Below are positions 1-14,319 of a stretch of DNA of 64,000 nucleotides, piece after piece. Under the pieces are notes generated by a model that worked only from the letters and a program-made list of their open reading frames with translations, was not told the origin of the DNA and did no database searches. The first letter of the stretch is position 1. Each line of letters begins with the position of its first letter. Origin of the DNA: Octopus sinensis. Lineage: Eukaryota. The translations under genes and the position numbers were made by a program. The stretch lies in contig NC_043002.1 in the NCBI RefSeq assembly GCF_006345805.1, forward strand, positions 70,494,001 through 70,558,000. Direction: 5' to 3'.

Positions 1-1268
1 AGAACATCGAAATGTATAGAAACGAAAACGCCGATATGTACGACGTAGAGAAAAGGCTTCTCCAGCTGGTAGTTACATTTAGTTACCAAACCTCAATCCC
101 AAAGACAGGCAAATTAGTAGTTTAACAGCAATGTTTATAGACAGCATTTCACTGCTATTTGTATCAATTACCAAATTTTTAAGAGACTCTTTCAAAGAAC
201 ATTGGCTCAAATAAACTTAGTTTTAAGGAAACAAATTCTGACTCTTGCAGAGTAAATGGCTTCACTGTTAAGCTGCTAGCAATAATTGCATCTGTCTTAA
301 CGGTTGAAAGAAACTGCTGGTAAATCACATCTGAATGTTATTTGTTGGAATAATTTGAGAGAACCACCTGCGACTTCATAGATAATGCCCTATTGTGTCA
401 CCATCACAGCGCATTTAATTGACGTTTAAATAATTTCTCCACTTGAAATTATGTGAACAGTTTAGTTTACAAACCATATTATAATTTTTCTTCCAGTTTA
501 TCTTTCACTGATATAAAACCAAAAACAGAGGCGCCTAAACAGACGATCTAAATACAAGAAATAACAATAAAATCCCCATAGATCACATTCTGCTATGTTA
601 ATACAAGAATAACAATAATACTGGACAGTCTACACTCTCCATCAATGCTTCCTAAACGGTGTGCCTGCATTGTGGAAGTGAAATTTTATTTATAAAATAT
701 GAGAAAAAATGTATACTAAAAGAATACGCAGAATATTTTAGAATCCGCGCTTCATTTAACAAATGAAGACCTGGTTTTCTGTAACTTTGATTGCTTTCTG
801 TTGGTTGAAATATATAAATACTTGTTTTAATATGTTTGTACACCTTATTCATGAAGAGTTCCCCGATTATATTTACTAATTCCAAAGTATGCTGCGAGGA
901 AAATCAAACCGAGAGCTACCGCACTAAAATTACAAAAAATATGGGATGGTCAAGGATGGAATGTCTTTTATCAGAGTCTATTAAGGATGGAATGTCTTTA
1001 TCAGAGTCTATTAAAACCTTTAATTGAAATCAACATTCCTGAATTCTGCTGACTCAGCGGACACGCACACAATACATAAAATCCGTTACACGATTATACA
1101 CGTCAGTTTACCTGTATATGGGCTGCAGGTGTGGATGTGTAGCCCAGAAGTATTGAAGTATTTTTACAGACTCCATGGTTCCGAGTTTGATCACACACTA
1201 CGTCATCTTTTGAAGAATCTGGTAGAAGCAAGCATTTAGTGTAGGGAATTCATCGTATACTGACACAC

Positions 1269-1395
1269 ACGATGAGCTTCTTTCAGTTTCCATCTACCAA
1301 ATCCACTCACAATGCTTTGGTCGGCCCGAGGCTATAGCAGACTGAACCCGGAACGATGTGGTTCATAACCAAGCTACTTACTACACAGCAAGTAC
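1269..1395 (-). mobile_element. Partial tRNA-derived SINE (family A, head region)
   Basis: Matches the recurrent GGGCTTCTTTCAGTTTCCGTC...GGTCGGCCCGAGGCTATAG...GAACCCGGAAC segment also seen at 11110-11243 and 30760-30915. Confidence 0.75.
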
Positions 1396-1780
1396 GCCTA
1401 TATATATATATGTTTGTGCATGTATTTGTGTGCGTATTACTTGATATTGTTCATTAACTTGATCAGATACCAGAAAACATCTTCTGATGGTGGGGTACAT
1501 GCATGAGTCACTTGAAATTTATGGATAATATTGATCAGAAGAAAGGAACGGGTGAAAACAAATAAACAGATAGATGCATCATTATCACATAAACAACTGT
1601 GGCATTTTCGATGCTTTGAGACAAAATGTTTCAGGAGTGTCAACATATATTTAATATGGTTGTGAGAGAAGTAATACTGCGGAAAGGAAACCTAAAACAG
1701 AGAAAAAAATCGAACAAATATATTAGTTGATTCTTAGCGACTGTCAGAGAGAAAACGTAAAGGCAAATGTATGAGTATAT

Positions 1781-1828
<48 letters not shown>

Positions 1829-1897
1829 TCATATTGCTCTGCATCGAAGAGAAATATAGTATCTTGCTTTTGGAACTGAATTATATCATTCTCGTCC

Positions 1898-2285
1898 AAT
1901 CACATGTTTCCGGGTTCATTCCCACTGCGTGGCACCTTGGGCAAGGATCTTCTACTATAGTCTCGGGGCGACCAAAACCTTGTGAGTGGAGTTGGTAGAC
2001 GGAAACTGAAAGAAGCCCGTCGTATATATGTATATATATATATATATGTATATGTATGTGTGTGTGTATGTTTGTGTGTCTGCATTTGTCCCCCCAACAT
2101 CGCTTAACAACCAATGCTGGTGTTTTTACCTCACCATAACTTAGCGGCTCGACAAAAGAGACCGATGGAATAAATACTTACAAAGAATAAGTCCTGGGAT
2201 CGATTTGGTCAGCTAAAGGCAGTGTTCCAGCATGACCGCAGTCAAATGACTGAAACAGGTAAAAGAGTAAAAGAGTAAAGAGAGA
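1898..2285 (+). mobile_element. tRNA-derived SINE family A, near full length, with internal (TA/TG)n
   Basis: B-box-like GGGTTCATTCCC, conserved body, and CATGACCGCAGTCAAATGACTGAAAC...AAAAGAGT tail; other copies at 6688, 10890 and 30500. Confidence 0.85.
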
Positions 2286-3034
2286 GTATAAGCTTGATTA
2301 TAGACAGTGATGGGTGATAAAGGAAATACGTATCCGACAATGTTTTGAGGTAACCCCCAAAAAGTAACAGAGCCCTGCATTTGCTGTTCAATAAAACTGC
2401 AGTGAAAAAAATGCACCCAAAAGAAAACCACTGAAACTAATAGAAGAATAAGAGGCAAAAAAAAAAACCGTATGAAACTATAGGATTTTCGGTTTATAAT
2501 TACCTGTTTAGCAAGTTCAGTGGACAGTAGTATCCATGGAGCAATGGGTAAATTATTTTAAGTATAATATGCAATGAGTATAAATCACAATTAGGTGGTT
2601 ATGTATAGTTTTATTTTTATCATACCACAATTGCTCGCAGCAAAGTACTGGTGTGGACATATTTGATACTATGTTTAAGATTAAAATGATCATTATCAAC
2701 TGGAATCCACTCCATCTACGTCACAGAAAATTAATTAAAATCTTCATTCAACCACATAAAATGTTCACAAAAAAAGATAAACTGGAATGAATTAATTTAG
2801 TGTGAATGAAGGCGGGAAGCATATTATTAGTTGAATGTTCCTCCGACGAGGCAGCCTGCATGAAACTTAAAATTTCTTTTCATCCTCACGGCAAAGTATT
2901 CTATTTCATGTTATTAATTTTTTTTTTGTAATTAATAATTGCCAATGTAGAGACTATTACTATTTCCTCGGATAACGATTTTCCTCAGATTAAATCGTTT
3001 CATTGTCATATAACATGGCACTTCGTCTTTACAC

Positions 3035-3870
3035 ATGTATCATACTTTTAGATTACACTGCTCCAAACAGTATGTTACACTGCTTACATTATGTCTCCAT
3101 ACACTGCAGTGTACTTTTAAATTAAACCGGTCTATACTGTGTGTTGCGCGATTACATCACATTTGTCAATTCGGTTCACCAGACTTTCATATTACACTTA
3201 TCTACACTATGTACTACACTTTTGTATTAGACTCCTCTTCACATTGTTTTACACTGTTAAAATACACTTCTCCACAATGTATTATACTTTCACATCGTAG
3301 TTTACAATATACCATATTTCACTTTTTCTAAACACTGTTGCACATTAAATTCACGAAGAGTGTATTACATTTTTTACATTACATTTCCCCATAAACTATA
3401 TTTCACTGTTACATCGCACCTCTCCACACAGTGTATGTACAATATCGAAAAGGATATCTCTTTTGCATTACACCTCTCTATACAGTGTGTTATACTTTCC
3501 CTTTGCTCTTCTATAAATTTCATTACCTTTTTATTTTTCATTGTATTGCGCTTTTACATCCCATTTCTCCATTCAACACTTTGCACGTTGCATTTCGCCT
3601 CGTTACACAGCGGATTATGATTTAATATTGCACTCCCATAACGTGTATTACACTTTAACATTGCGCTACACCGTATAATATTTTACATTTTCATGTTAGA
3701 GTTCTCCAGACAATGTATTAGAGTTTTGCGTTATACTTCTCCCTTTGTATTGCAATTTTACATTATATTTAAAACACTGTATTACAATTATACATTACAC
3801 TTCTCCATACAATGTACTGCATTTATACATGTTTTTTCTCCATTATTTCTGCAGTTCCGTACTACCGTCA
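3035..3870. repeat. Degenerate tandem/low-complexity repeat (TTACAC and CTTCTCCAYACAATGTAT motifs)
   Basis: The motif (C/T)TCTCCAYACA(A/G)TGTAT recurs at about 3090, 3266, 3420, 3472, 3700 and 3798; strong G depletion on the + strand. Confidence 0.5.
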
Positions 3871-4718
3871 ACCTTTTGCAGCTCAGACATCATAGAGTAT
3901 TGAAATTGATTTATAAATTAACCTGTTTGGAGGCTTCCGAAACTAGCACAGTATCCAGCTGAACATAACGATGTTCCAGGCTTCTACTGTTGTCAGCATA
4001 TTAGTGAAGATGGCTTGGCAAACGATACTAGCTTTAGCTCAGCATTGACAAAACAATAGCTTTCTACCTTGAGTGGGGGTTGTGACAGCACCCACTAGCA
4101 GAAGAAAAGAATGATGACTTTCATAGAATTTTGATAGAATCAGCTTCCCAAACCTATGGCATCTGAGACTTTGCGCTCCGCTCTTTGTTCCCTTTATAGC
4201 TAGGGTGCATGTGGCCGTATTGCCAGCACCCTTACTAGCTTATTTCGCTCGACTGTTCGCTTGCATATTCCTTCAGATCAGCACACCGTCTGTTCTTCTC
4301 TTAATACATGTCAAAGGTTGATGTCGTGCAGCTACTTAAGACAGTCCTCCCATGAGATCCTTTGCTGTAACTCTCTTGCTCCCCAAATTAAGATGGCATG
4401 CCGATAGCAAGTAGAATTTCGTAGCATTCGTTGGGTTGGCGAAAGGGTGCGCTGTTGGTTAGGCACTCTGCTGGTCGTTACTGCAAGCGTATAGAAGTTC
4501 CCAGTAGATTTATTCCGGACGAAGACTAGCAACACACCGAGAACACTACGCTGATTTTCTGACGAAACACGTAACCACAATTTCTGTAAATTCCAGAAGC
4601 AATTGCTGCGGCTGCAATTCCCCCATACGGAATATTCTTTCTGCTATACGTTACTCCTAACGTGCATACGTTGCTCCTAACGTAGATTGTATGTGGATAC
4701 ATATATACATGTGTCTGT

Positions 4719-5024
<306 letters not shown>

Positions 5025-6019
5025 CACACTTGCATGTATGTATAAATATATGTAACCATATTGTATACATATAAATATAGATGTACATAAACATACATAT
5101 ATATATATACACATATACATACGCACATGCATATTTATGAATATGTATCGAGTAATGTACAAATCAATTTGTGTTACCAAATGCTTAATGTGTCAAATCG
5201 ATATTAGTTAATGCAAGGCTAAGATTAATGGAAGTTACGTTCACAAACGCCCCGGGTGTTATTAGAGAAGGGGGTGCAAACTGGCTGATATCCCTGATAG
5301 CTTTTCTCCTATAATATAAGATACCGGGAGTAAATAATAGAGAAAGAAAATTGAGTAACGTCGTACACTCCGCGTTGCCTACGAGCTAAATCCCAGCTAT
5401 TCTCAGTCCGTTGTAAAATATCATATGCCTTTAATTTGGGTATTACTCTTAGAAATAACACATTTCTTACATTCGAATTCTCATTTTATATTCTCCTAAA
5501 GCTTAGTGCTTTTATTCGAGGAACATTCATAATAACAACAGTTAATATATTTCAGGAGACAGAAACAATCAATTCTAAGCTGTTACTGTCACATATAATA
5601 CGCCTTTATAACCCACGTATTCAATTCACGTACATTCTTGCCTTATTTATGAATTAAAACTAATGAGCAATTTCGTAATTCGTTCCCATATCGAAGCAAT
5701 AAATCAACGATAGAGATTTTACAATTATTGCTACACATTAAGGCATACTTATAATAATTTTCAATATTCATAACTTCCCTTCCATTTATATCAAATTAAG
5801 AACATAGATGGATGAGGCAGTCACATATCACATTTGAGATGAATTTATCAAAAAGTAGAACATTAAAACTCGATTATAGAAATCATTTTCAGTAGAGTAC
5901 TTAGCAAATATATAACTAATGCCCATTAACACACACTGCATACAGATCCATAAACATTCAATATCTGTTTCTAATTAGCAAAATAACACTTTACTCTCAA
6001 GCAAATATCAGCCTGCATG

Positions 6020-6072
<53 letters not shown>

Positions 6073-6687
6073 TTAACTGTCTGTCTGTCTGTCAGTCAGT
6101 CTGTTTGTCTGTCTGTCTATTTATTTCTCTTCTCCTCTCTCTCACTATGCATGTATGTATGTGCGGACGATGCGCACACACACATACACATAAATGCATA
6201 TGTATGCAAATCTATAAGTGTATGCATTGCTTGCCAACCACATGGTTCGGGGTTCAATGCCACTGTGTTTCGAGAGACATTTCAAAGAAAAACAGAAAAA
6301 AACTATTTCATGATTCCCCGAAGGTTTATAAATTTTTATGATATAAACATACACACACACGTAAGTAGGAATATAGATATGTATAGTCACACAATGTATA
6401 TATATATACACACACGCGTGTGTTTATAAGTATCTTATTTGCTGAATCTGGAGGAACAAGCAGGACTCATGCGCCGCTTGTAGATATTCTGAAACAGGTG
6501 ACGTTTGAAACTATTGATGTACTTTTAACTGATACACGTGAATAGCTGCAAGCAAAAAATCTAAGTGGAGGGAAGTGTTAGGAGGAATAGAGGTGAGAAG
6601 GAAGGAAATCGTGGAACTAGCCAGAACTGAAATCAGCTAAGTTAAGGGTCTATTTTTCAATCTCTGTTGTCATGTGATATTTTAGGC

Positions 6688-6856
6688 GAATGCGTGGCTG
6701 GGTGGTAAGAGGCTTGATTCCCAACCACATAGTCCCGGATTCAGTCTCACTTCATGGTACCTTGAGCAAATGTTTTCTACTATAGCCTCAGGCCAACCAC
6801 AGCCTTGAGGATGGATTTGGTAGATAAAAACAGAAGAAGCCCATCGTATATGTATG

Positions 6857-6893
<37 letters not shown>

Positions 6894-7095
6894 GATATAT
6901 ATATATATATATACGATGGACTTCTTATATATATATGTGTGTGTGTGTGTGTGTATCTGTGTTTGTCCCCTCCATCACCGCTTCACAACCGCAGTCTAAG
7001 GACTAAGCTTAAAAAAGTAAGTTCCGGAGTCGACTTGTTCGACTAAAACCTTTCATGGCGGTGCTACAGCATGGCCGCAGTCAAATAACTGAAAT
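6688..7095 (+). mobile_element. tRNA-derived SINE family A
   Basis: Head GCGTGGCTGGGTGGTAAGAGG...GGATTCAGTC, internal (TA)n(TG)n, tail CATGGCCGCAGTCAAATAACTGAAA. Confidence 0.85.
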
Positions 7096-8151
7096 AAGTA
7101 ACAGAATAAAAGAATATTCTACCACTTATATTCTTCCATTATTCTGAGCCGACTTTGAATGAGGTTTTATGCACCAGAATATGCGGCGGATATTGTAGCA
7201 AAATATTTGACACATCACCTGTTTATGAGAATCTATTATACTGCAGTCTACAAAGAAAAGAGTACGCTACTTTATATATTAAAAATTTTACAGCCACATG
7301 CAAACGTATCCGGTGAATTAGTTGTTGTTGCCATAAAACCTGAATGAAACCGAGGTAAGCGTTACTGTTTATTTACATTAGACTCACTGTCACGCAGTAA
7401 TATATTTCAGTAACTATAAGGTATTCGTTTTAAAATGATTCCATGCTGGAACTTCCTGCCGATATATGCATTATATGCGCATAAGGTAAAGCTTGCTACG
7501 AACAATTTTCCGAAAATATTTTATTACGGTAAGTTGCTTAAATGTTGTTTGCATTCATATGATAATTACAACGTCGAATTTTTAAAATAATTCTCACTTG
7601 TAATGTAGTATCTGTGGTATTTTATTCATCAACACAAAGTTGGAATATATTATAGATTTCAGATTAGAATGTCTTACATAAACGAAACAAAAAATCTGAA
7701 GCTGAATACATGCTGATTTTTTTCCATATTTCGGTTACTTTTGTGGTGTAGTGTTAAAGCTAATTTATTATTTTATTAGTATAAATGTAATCGCCGCATG
7801 GTGGGATGAAATTCAATGTTAACATAGGTTAGATTTAATATTGGAAATTATTGGAACAAGATAAGTATTATACGATATCCATGTAACGATATCCAAGATA
7901 AGTATTTTACGATTCTACCGAGGGAAAATAAGCGAATTTTACAAGCTAATAATAGATATATTTATATAGATAGGGGTCATGAAAAATGCTTGCTACAAAT
8001 TTTATGCTTTCACGAAATAATTAAGCGATATTAATGAAATAATCCTGCACCGAGATTCGAACCTGCCTTGCATTCGTGAAATGTTAATAGCTTACAAATT
8101 TTTGAACTGCTATTATACTTTTTAATTTATCTTTTCTACACAGAAATGTGT

Positions 8152-8438
8152 GTTGTTGTTTGTTCTTTCTCGAGCCATGCCTGGCTCATAAGGGCTGGTT
8201 TCTCGGGTTTATTGGCGTATAGGTTCCCCCACCTGGACGGGATGCAAGTCCGTTGCAGGTGAGCTGCGAGATGCAGGAGGAAAAAGTGAGAGAAAGTTGT
8301 GGCGAAAGCCTCAGCAAAAGTTCGCCATTACCTTCTACTGGAGCCGTGTGGTGCTTAGGTGTCTCGCTCATAAACACACACATCGCCAGTCCTAGACCGC
8401 CAGTCCGCTGCTCTAACCACTAGTCCATGTAGCTCCAC
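8152..8438 (-). mobile_element. tRNA-derived SINE (family C head) with a 14-bp target-site duplication
   Basis: ACACAGAAATGTGT flanks both sides (8138-8151 and 8439-8452); (CAA)n-like tail on the minus strand; A-box-like head GGACTAGTGGTTAGAGCAGCGGAC shared with 26700-26850 and 47205. Confidence 0.85.
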
Positions 8439-9333
8439 ACACAGAAATGTGTTTCATCCTAAGAGTGTAGTTGTGAAACAGCTTTTCTCAAGGAAATTAA
8501 TATCATGAAGTTAATGAATTTATATCAACCAGTAATCGAAACCGTGTTAATCCTTCAACTGTCCAAAGATTCATCATCTCAAGAGATATTACTTACAATG
8601 CATTTTTGCGTGGATATGGTGAAACGGATTTCACAGACAGTGTCAATCATTGCTGGTTTGTATTTACAGCCTGTATTCAAGAATATAGGACTGTGTGTTA
8701 ACATTAGAAATCAATATTGACCTCAAAGGCAATATGAACTCTAGTTCACACATGGGATACCAAAAGCTATTTAGTGGATGGTGTTCACTGGTTAATTACA
8801 CCCAAATGACTGCTCCAGAGTGTTAGTTTTATGATTGTTCAACCACGATTTATTAATTGAAAGACATTCATAGCGGTAACCTTGATTTGGCACCATAGGC
8901 ATATCAATTATTAAGTTGAATTCCTTCTACTTGAGGTTTCAGATAACTAATCTACTCTGACTGAGCTGAGTAACTAATTAGTTTCACTTGTATAGAAATT
9001 AAGCACAACAAACGTGCTTAAAATAATTGCTGGAATGAACTCTGGTCATTTTACACTTGGTGTAATCCAGCCAGGAACATAAGCACGCAGTGATTGCATC
9101 ATCAAATTGTTATCTACTTCATCTCATTCAATGATGAACTATACTACTACTACTACTACTACTACAGCTGTTGCTGCTGCTGCCGTTTCTGTTGCTTCTG
9201 GTTCTGCTGGTGATGGTGGCTCTATTGCTGCAGCTGCTGCTGCCGTCTCTTTTGTTTCGTATTTCCTCGTAGCTGTTAACTTATCAAGCAAACGTTTCTT
9301 CTCCTCCTGGGTCTCTCTATCTTCCTCTGTGGC

Positions 9334-9419
9334 TATATATATATATATATATATAATATGTATGTATACAAATATATATATATATATGTATGTATACAAA
9401 TATATTAATATGTATGTAT

Positions 9420-9470
<51 letters not shown>

Positions 9471-9709
9471 ATATATATACATACATATTTATGTACGTAT
9501 ATACATATATATATACATATATATGTATGTATATACAAATATATATATACATACATATTTATGTACGTATATACAAATATATATATATATATATATGTAT
9601 GTATATACAAATATATATATATATATATATTTATGTACGTATATACAAATATATATATATATATTTTTATATATGTAGGATATACAAAAATGTATATATG
9701 TGTATATAT

Positions 9710-9746
<37 letters not shown>

Positions 9747-10088
9747 TGTATGTATATATATATACAGATATATGCATGTATATACATACAAATATATGTA
9801 TGTATATATACAGATGTATGTATATATATATACAGATATATGCATGTATATACATACAAATATATGTATGTATATATACAGATATATGTATGTATATATA
9901 CAGATATATATATGTATATATACAGATATATGTATGTATATATACAGATATATGTATGCGCATATACACATATATTTATGTATATATACAGATATATGTA
10001 TGTATATATACAGATATATGTATGTACATATACAGATATATGTATATATATATAGACATATGTATATATATATGTACGTATATATATA
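9334..10088. repeat. Compound (TA)n microsatellite with a TATATACAGATATATGTATG-type higher-order unit
   Basis: Directly visible; source of the long YI-repeat pseudo-ORFs. Confidence 0.97.
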
Positions 10089-10889
10089 GCCATTTCCCCG
10101 ATGACATCTCTGTGTTTGGTCTCGCCCCCACACATACTTTGGCAGCATTGCTCAGTTTTTGTTCGTTTGGGATAAGTTTCCTCTGACTAGTAATTTCGTT
10201 AATGACCTAATCCTTGCCTTTCGGAAGAAATCCATGGAACATAGAGCGTTAGTCACTTTTCTGATATTGGGGTCATTCTCCAAGAAGCAAAAATGGTCAT
10301 TTATATCATTCGATTAACTAACTTTTCTTTCAAATAGTTTTTGAAAGTAAAAAATAAAAAGAACTAATTTGTGAACGGTAAAAATAAATACTTTCTTAAA
10401 TTGTTGTATAATGGGGTATACATATCGAAATAAATATAAAAAGGTGGCAAAACAAAGATGGAGAAATAAGTAAAAGAAATAAAAGTATTGCAAAGCTGTG
10501 GATTCCAACAAAAAATGTTAGAAAACATCTAGTGATATTTTGAATGTAAATGAGAAGTTGAGAATTTAGACTGACAAAATACGATACTGAGTCACCGGTA
10601 GATCAAATAAAGGTCTCAGCTTGACATATTTTCGCTACCTACACTTTAGATATGGGAATAAAAAATTATTGATGTTCTATTATGCCTTGCCTTTTATAGG
10701 TTGTTTATTTTACAGGCTTTTGAAAAGGTTGATTATCAAAATAATTAGCACAACGAAGAGACTGGTTTGTCGTGTTTCTTCTGGCTTTACGTTTTGAGTT
10801 CAACTTCTGTCGAAGTCAAGTTTTTCTTTCGTTCGCGTTAAAATAAATGCCAGTTGGCCTAGTTCTTTTTTCTTTTATTCTTTTCTTTG

Positions 10890-11243
10890 TTTTAGTCACT
10901 TGACTGCGGCCATGCGGGAGCACCGCATTTAGTCGAGCAAATCGACCCCAGGACTTATTCTTTGTAAGTCTAGTACTTATTCTATCGGTCTCTCTTGTCG
11001 AACCGCTAATTTACGGAGACGTAAATACACCAGCACCAGTTGTCAAGCGATGTTGGTGGGGGGGGGGGAACAACACAGACACACAAACATATACAGACAC
11101 ACACACACAGACACACACATATATATACGACGGGCTTCTTTCAGTTTCCGTCAACCACATCCACTTACAATGCTTTGTTCGGCCCGAGGCTATAGTAGAA
11201 GACACCTGCCCAAGTTGCCCGTAGTGGGACTGAACCCGAACCA
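10890..11243 (-). mobile_element. tRNA-derived SINE family A, truncated by the assembly gap
   Basis: Reverse complement of the 1898-2285 element; ends at the N run. Confidence 0.85.
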
Positions 11244-11343
11244 NNNNNNNNNNNNNNNNNNNNNNNNNNNNNNNNNNNNNNNNNNNNNNNNNNNNNNNNN
11301 NNNNNNNNNNNNNNNNNNNNNNNNNNNNNNNNNNNNNNNNNNN
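11244..11343. other. Assembly gap (100 N)
   Basis: Run of 100 N, probably a placeholder of unknown true length. Confidence 0.99.
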
Positions 11344-13201
11344 TTTTTTTTTTTTTGAAGAAGGAAAACTGATACAAGTTACAAGCGTGACACAGCTGCT
11401 ATTTAGTAGTCTGCAATTCTACAATTATTATTTCTCTGTGCTGTTTCTTCCCTGTTTCTATTATACTGCGTTTTAACGGGAGATTAATTCATATTATGTC
11501 GTTTTCATAACCCCAGCCATGATTCTTGTTTCACTGTCGCTACTATTTCTCGTGTGACAAAGATGTGCTTCAATACGAGAGGAGCGTCAGTGTTGGAAAA
11601 GACTTGTTCTTTGTTAATTGAGAATATTACTGACTGCAGATTTACGAGCAATCACATTACAGATAAATGAATCAGAGAAATTGTTTGTAATATTATTTGA
11701 AATAATTAATTATGCTTCAGGAACAGCCTGAGGTGAATGAAAAAATCACACATAGCAAAAACGCTTCTAATCTGTTTAAGCACTAAGTAGCTAGTAACAT
11801 ATTTTTGCTTTTCGCTTTTCATAAATCGTACCAAGTTGAATTAGATGAAAATTTTAATTTGGTTAATTCTAGAAATCCCAATACGGTGCGTGGACTTTTA
11901 AATTAAATTTATTTCTATGCGTGTAAACAGATATAATTTAATTTCATTTCAAGAAGTTTCACTTTGTCAGTGAAAGTGCTTCTTACATATAACTCACAGA
12001 AATGAGAGAAGTATAGCTTCAACAGTTGCAATCTAATCCATTACGTCTTAAGTCTTAGCGATTCTTAGCGTAGCTCTAGTCTTGAGTCAGTGAAATATTG
12101 TGTGGGCGATTATACTTGTATACGATATACAGCAAATCCTGAAGCAAAGCTGATAGGATTTACTGAACGTTGATATACAACGTATTTCTATAGTGGCCAA
12201 ACTTGCATTTACTTTTGGTATTCCTTTATGAAAGGGTTTCATAGTGAAACTTAAATGTATATAAATATTGATAGATATATCAAATTTATATTTCTCTGAT
12301 TTGGTTATTAGTCTAAGATTCTGGTCTTAATTATTTCCTGTTTTGAAAACGTGGACACAAGCAAACATAAAGAAATGAGAACAAAGATATAGCAAGAAAC
12401 TATCCAAAAGAAATACACATAATTATATAGAAGAAAAAGTTAGAGGTTTTCTGGTACGTAATCTTCATAAGCAGTTGCCTGTATCAAGGATTTGTTATTC
12501 GCGCAAATGTTTGGCGAATGCAGTTGTTACGAGATATGAAGCATCATCATATTAGAATAATAACTTGGCCTTGGAGGGCATAAAAACTGTTTAGAGCTCA
12601 ACAATATTTTACACTTGAAATGGAAGCATTTATTTACATTTTTAATTAGCCTGATTGTGCCAAAGAAGCATGCATACGAACGCGACAGCACATATTCACA
12701 TCAATAGACAAATAGACAAAATATTAAATATAGTCATCAACGATTGTACAACTCAGAATTTGGTTGCAACCCCATATTCCGTCTGTTATTTCCAAGTATG
12801 AGGATGTTGTATTGTTGAGTCTTTTTTGAAAACCGTACTGTCAAAGCTTAATGCAACAAGATAGTTCTATACTCATTGTAATATATTTTCGAATTCTCTT
12901 TCTTGATGAGAATGGTTTGATCTACATGACTATATCAGGTACTGTGTGGTGTTATCAGTGCATGAGTATTATTTTCTCCGTTTCAACCATCGGATTGCGG
13001 CCATACTAGAGTACCACCTTGAAAGACTTTGCAGATGAAATTGGCCATGTTCCTTTTTTTTCAAATTTGGTACTCATTTTAACCATCTTATTTTATCGCA
13101 CTGTACAAGGTACAAGGGTATAAACAAACCAGTACCGATTATCAATCACAGAGGCAAACACACACAGAGACAAGAACATACAAATACACATATATACTCA
13201 C

Positions 13202-13235
<34 letters not shown>

Positions 13236-13277
13236 TTGTCTGTCTATCTATCTATCTACGTGTGTATATGTCGGTTA

Positions 13278-13480
13278 GGCGGCGAGCTAGCAGAATCGTT
13301 AGCACGCCGGGCGAAATGCTTAGCAGTATTTCTTCTGTCGCTACGTTCTGAGTTCAAATTCCGCCGAAGTCGACTTTGCCTTTTCATCCTCTCGGGGTCA
13401 ATGAAATAAGTAACGGCTACGCACTGGGGTCGATGAAAATAGACTATCCCCCTCCCCTAAATTTCAGGCCTTGTGCCAAT
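13278..13480 (+). mobile_element. tRNA-derived SINE family B
   Basis: GGCGAGCTAGCAGAATCGTTAG (A-box-like) and GAGTTCAAATTCC (B-box); related copies at about 16510-16730 (-), 21420-21580 and 33935-34140. Confidence 0.8.
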
Positions 13481-13951
13481 AGTAGAGAAGTATATATATG
13501 ACGGTCTTCCTGTTGTCTCCATATACCAAATTCACTCAAAAGTTATTGACCACTTCGGGACTATAGTGAAGAACATTTGCTCAAGGTGTCGCGCACTGCG
13601 ATTGAACACGGTACTAGGATGTAGTGTGTTGCTAGTACGTTTTAGAACAAATTAATTTATTGAAAGTTCAAAATATCAAGTCGATTTTATTTGAAGATAC
13701 TAGAAACTAGTTAGATATTAAGGTGACCCAAAGTTAATGTGAGCCCACTGCAAATACCGTCTCCAAATGCTCTTATTAGAATCTGCCCTCTTATCAACCC
13801 AATATTCGATTATCAATAATTGGTTTTGGAGAGAGCAATGTATATCAGTTAATTAGTTAAGCTTCATGTATTCACTTGCAAAGATTTTGTAAACTTACAT
13901 TTTCATGTTTGACAGAATGTTTTTATTTATTTATTTTATTTTATTTATTTG

Positions 13952-13983
<32 letters not shown>

Positions 13984-14319
13984 CATTATTATTATTATTT
14001 TATTTTCATTATTGGTGGAGGGACATGGTCGAATGAATAATTTGTAAACCGATAAATTACGTCTATCCTCAATATTGATAGGAAAGACTAATACCGCTGA
14101 GTTCCTCCAAACATGAATTATCGAATAACAATTACTTTCAAAAGGCATGTCAAATGGCATATACGAAAAAATCAATTGCACCAAAAATCGCATATGTCTA
14201 AATACAATCTGTATTTATATACCTCCCATTTGCTTCATAATCTTACTGGAGTTATTGATACTATTTTACCTACGTATATCGTTACACTTTCGCAGAACTG
14301 ATCGCTGCTACCTTGCGAA

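Noticed and set aside
952-1013. About 31-bp direct tandem duplication
   Set aside because: Ordinary local slippage duplication with no further structure.
4140-4620. GC-richer island with an 82-aa minus-strand ORF
   Set aside because: No recognisable motif; probably an old transposon remnant that I cannot assign.
7294-7354. Possible small exon (TTTTACAG|...GAG|GTAAGC)
   Set aside because: All three frames contain stop codons and no partner exons were found; at most a non-coding exon.
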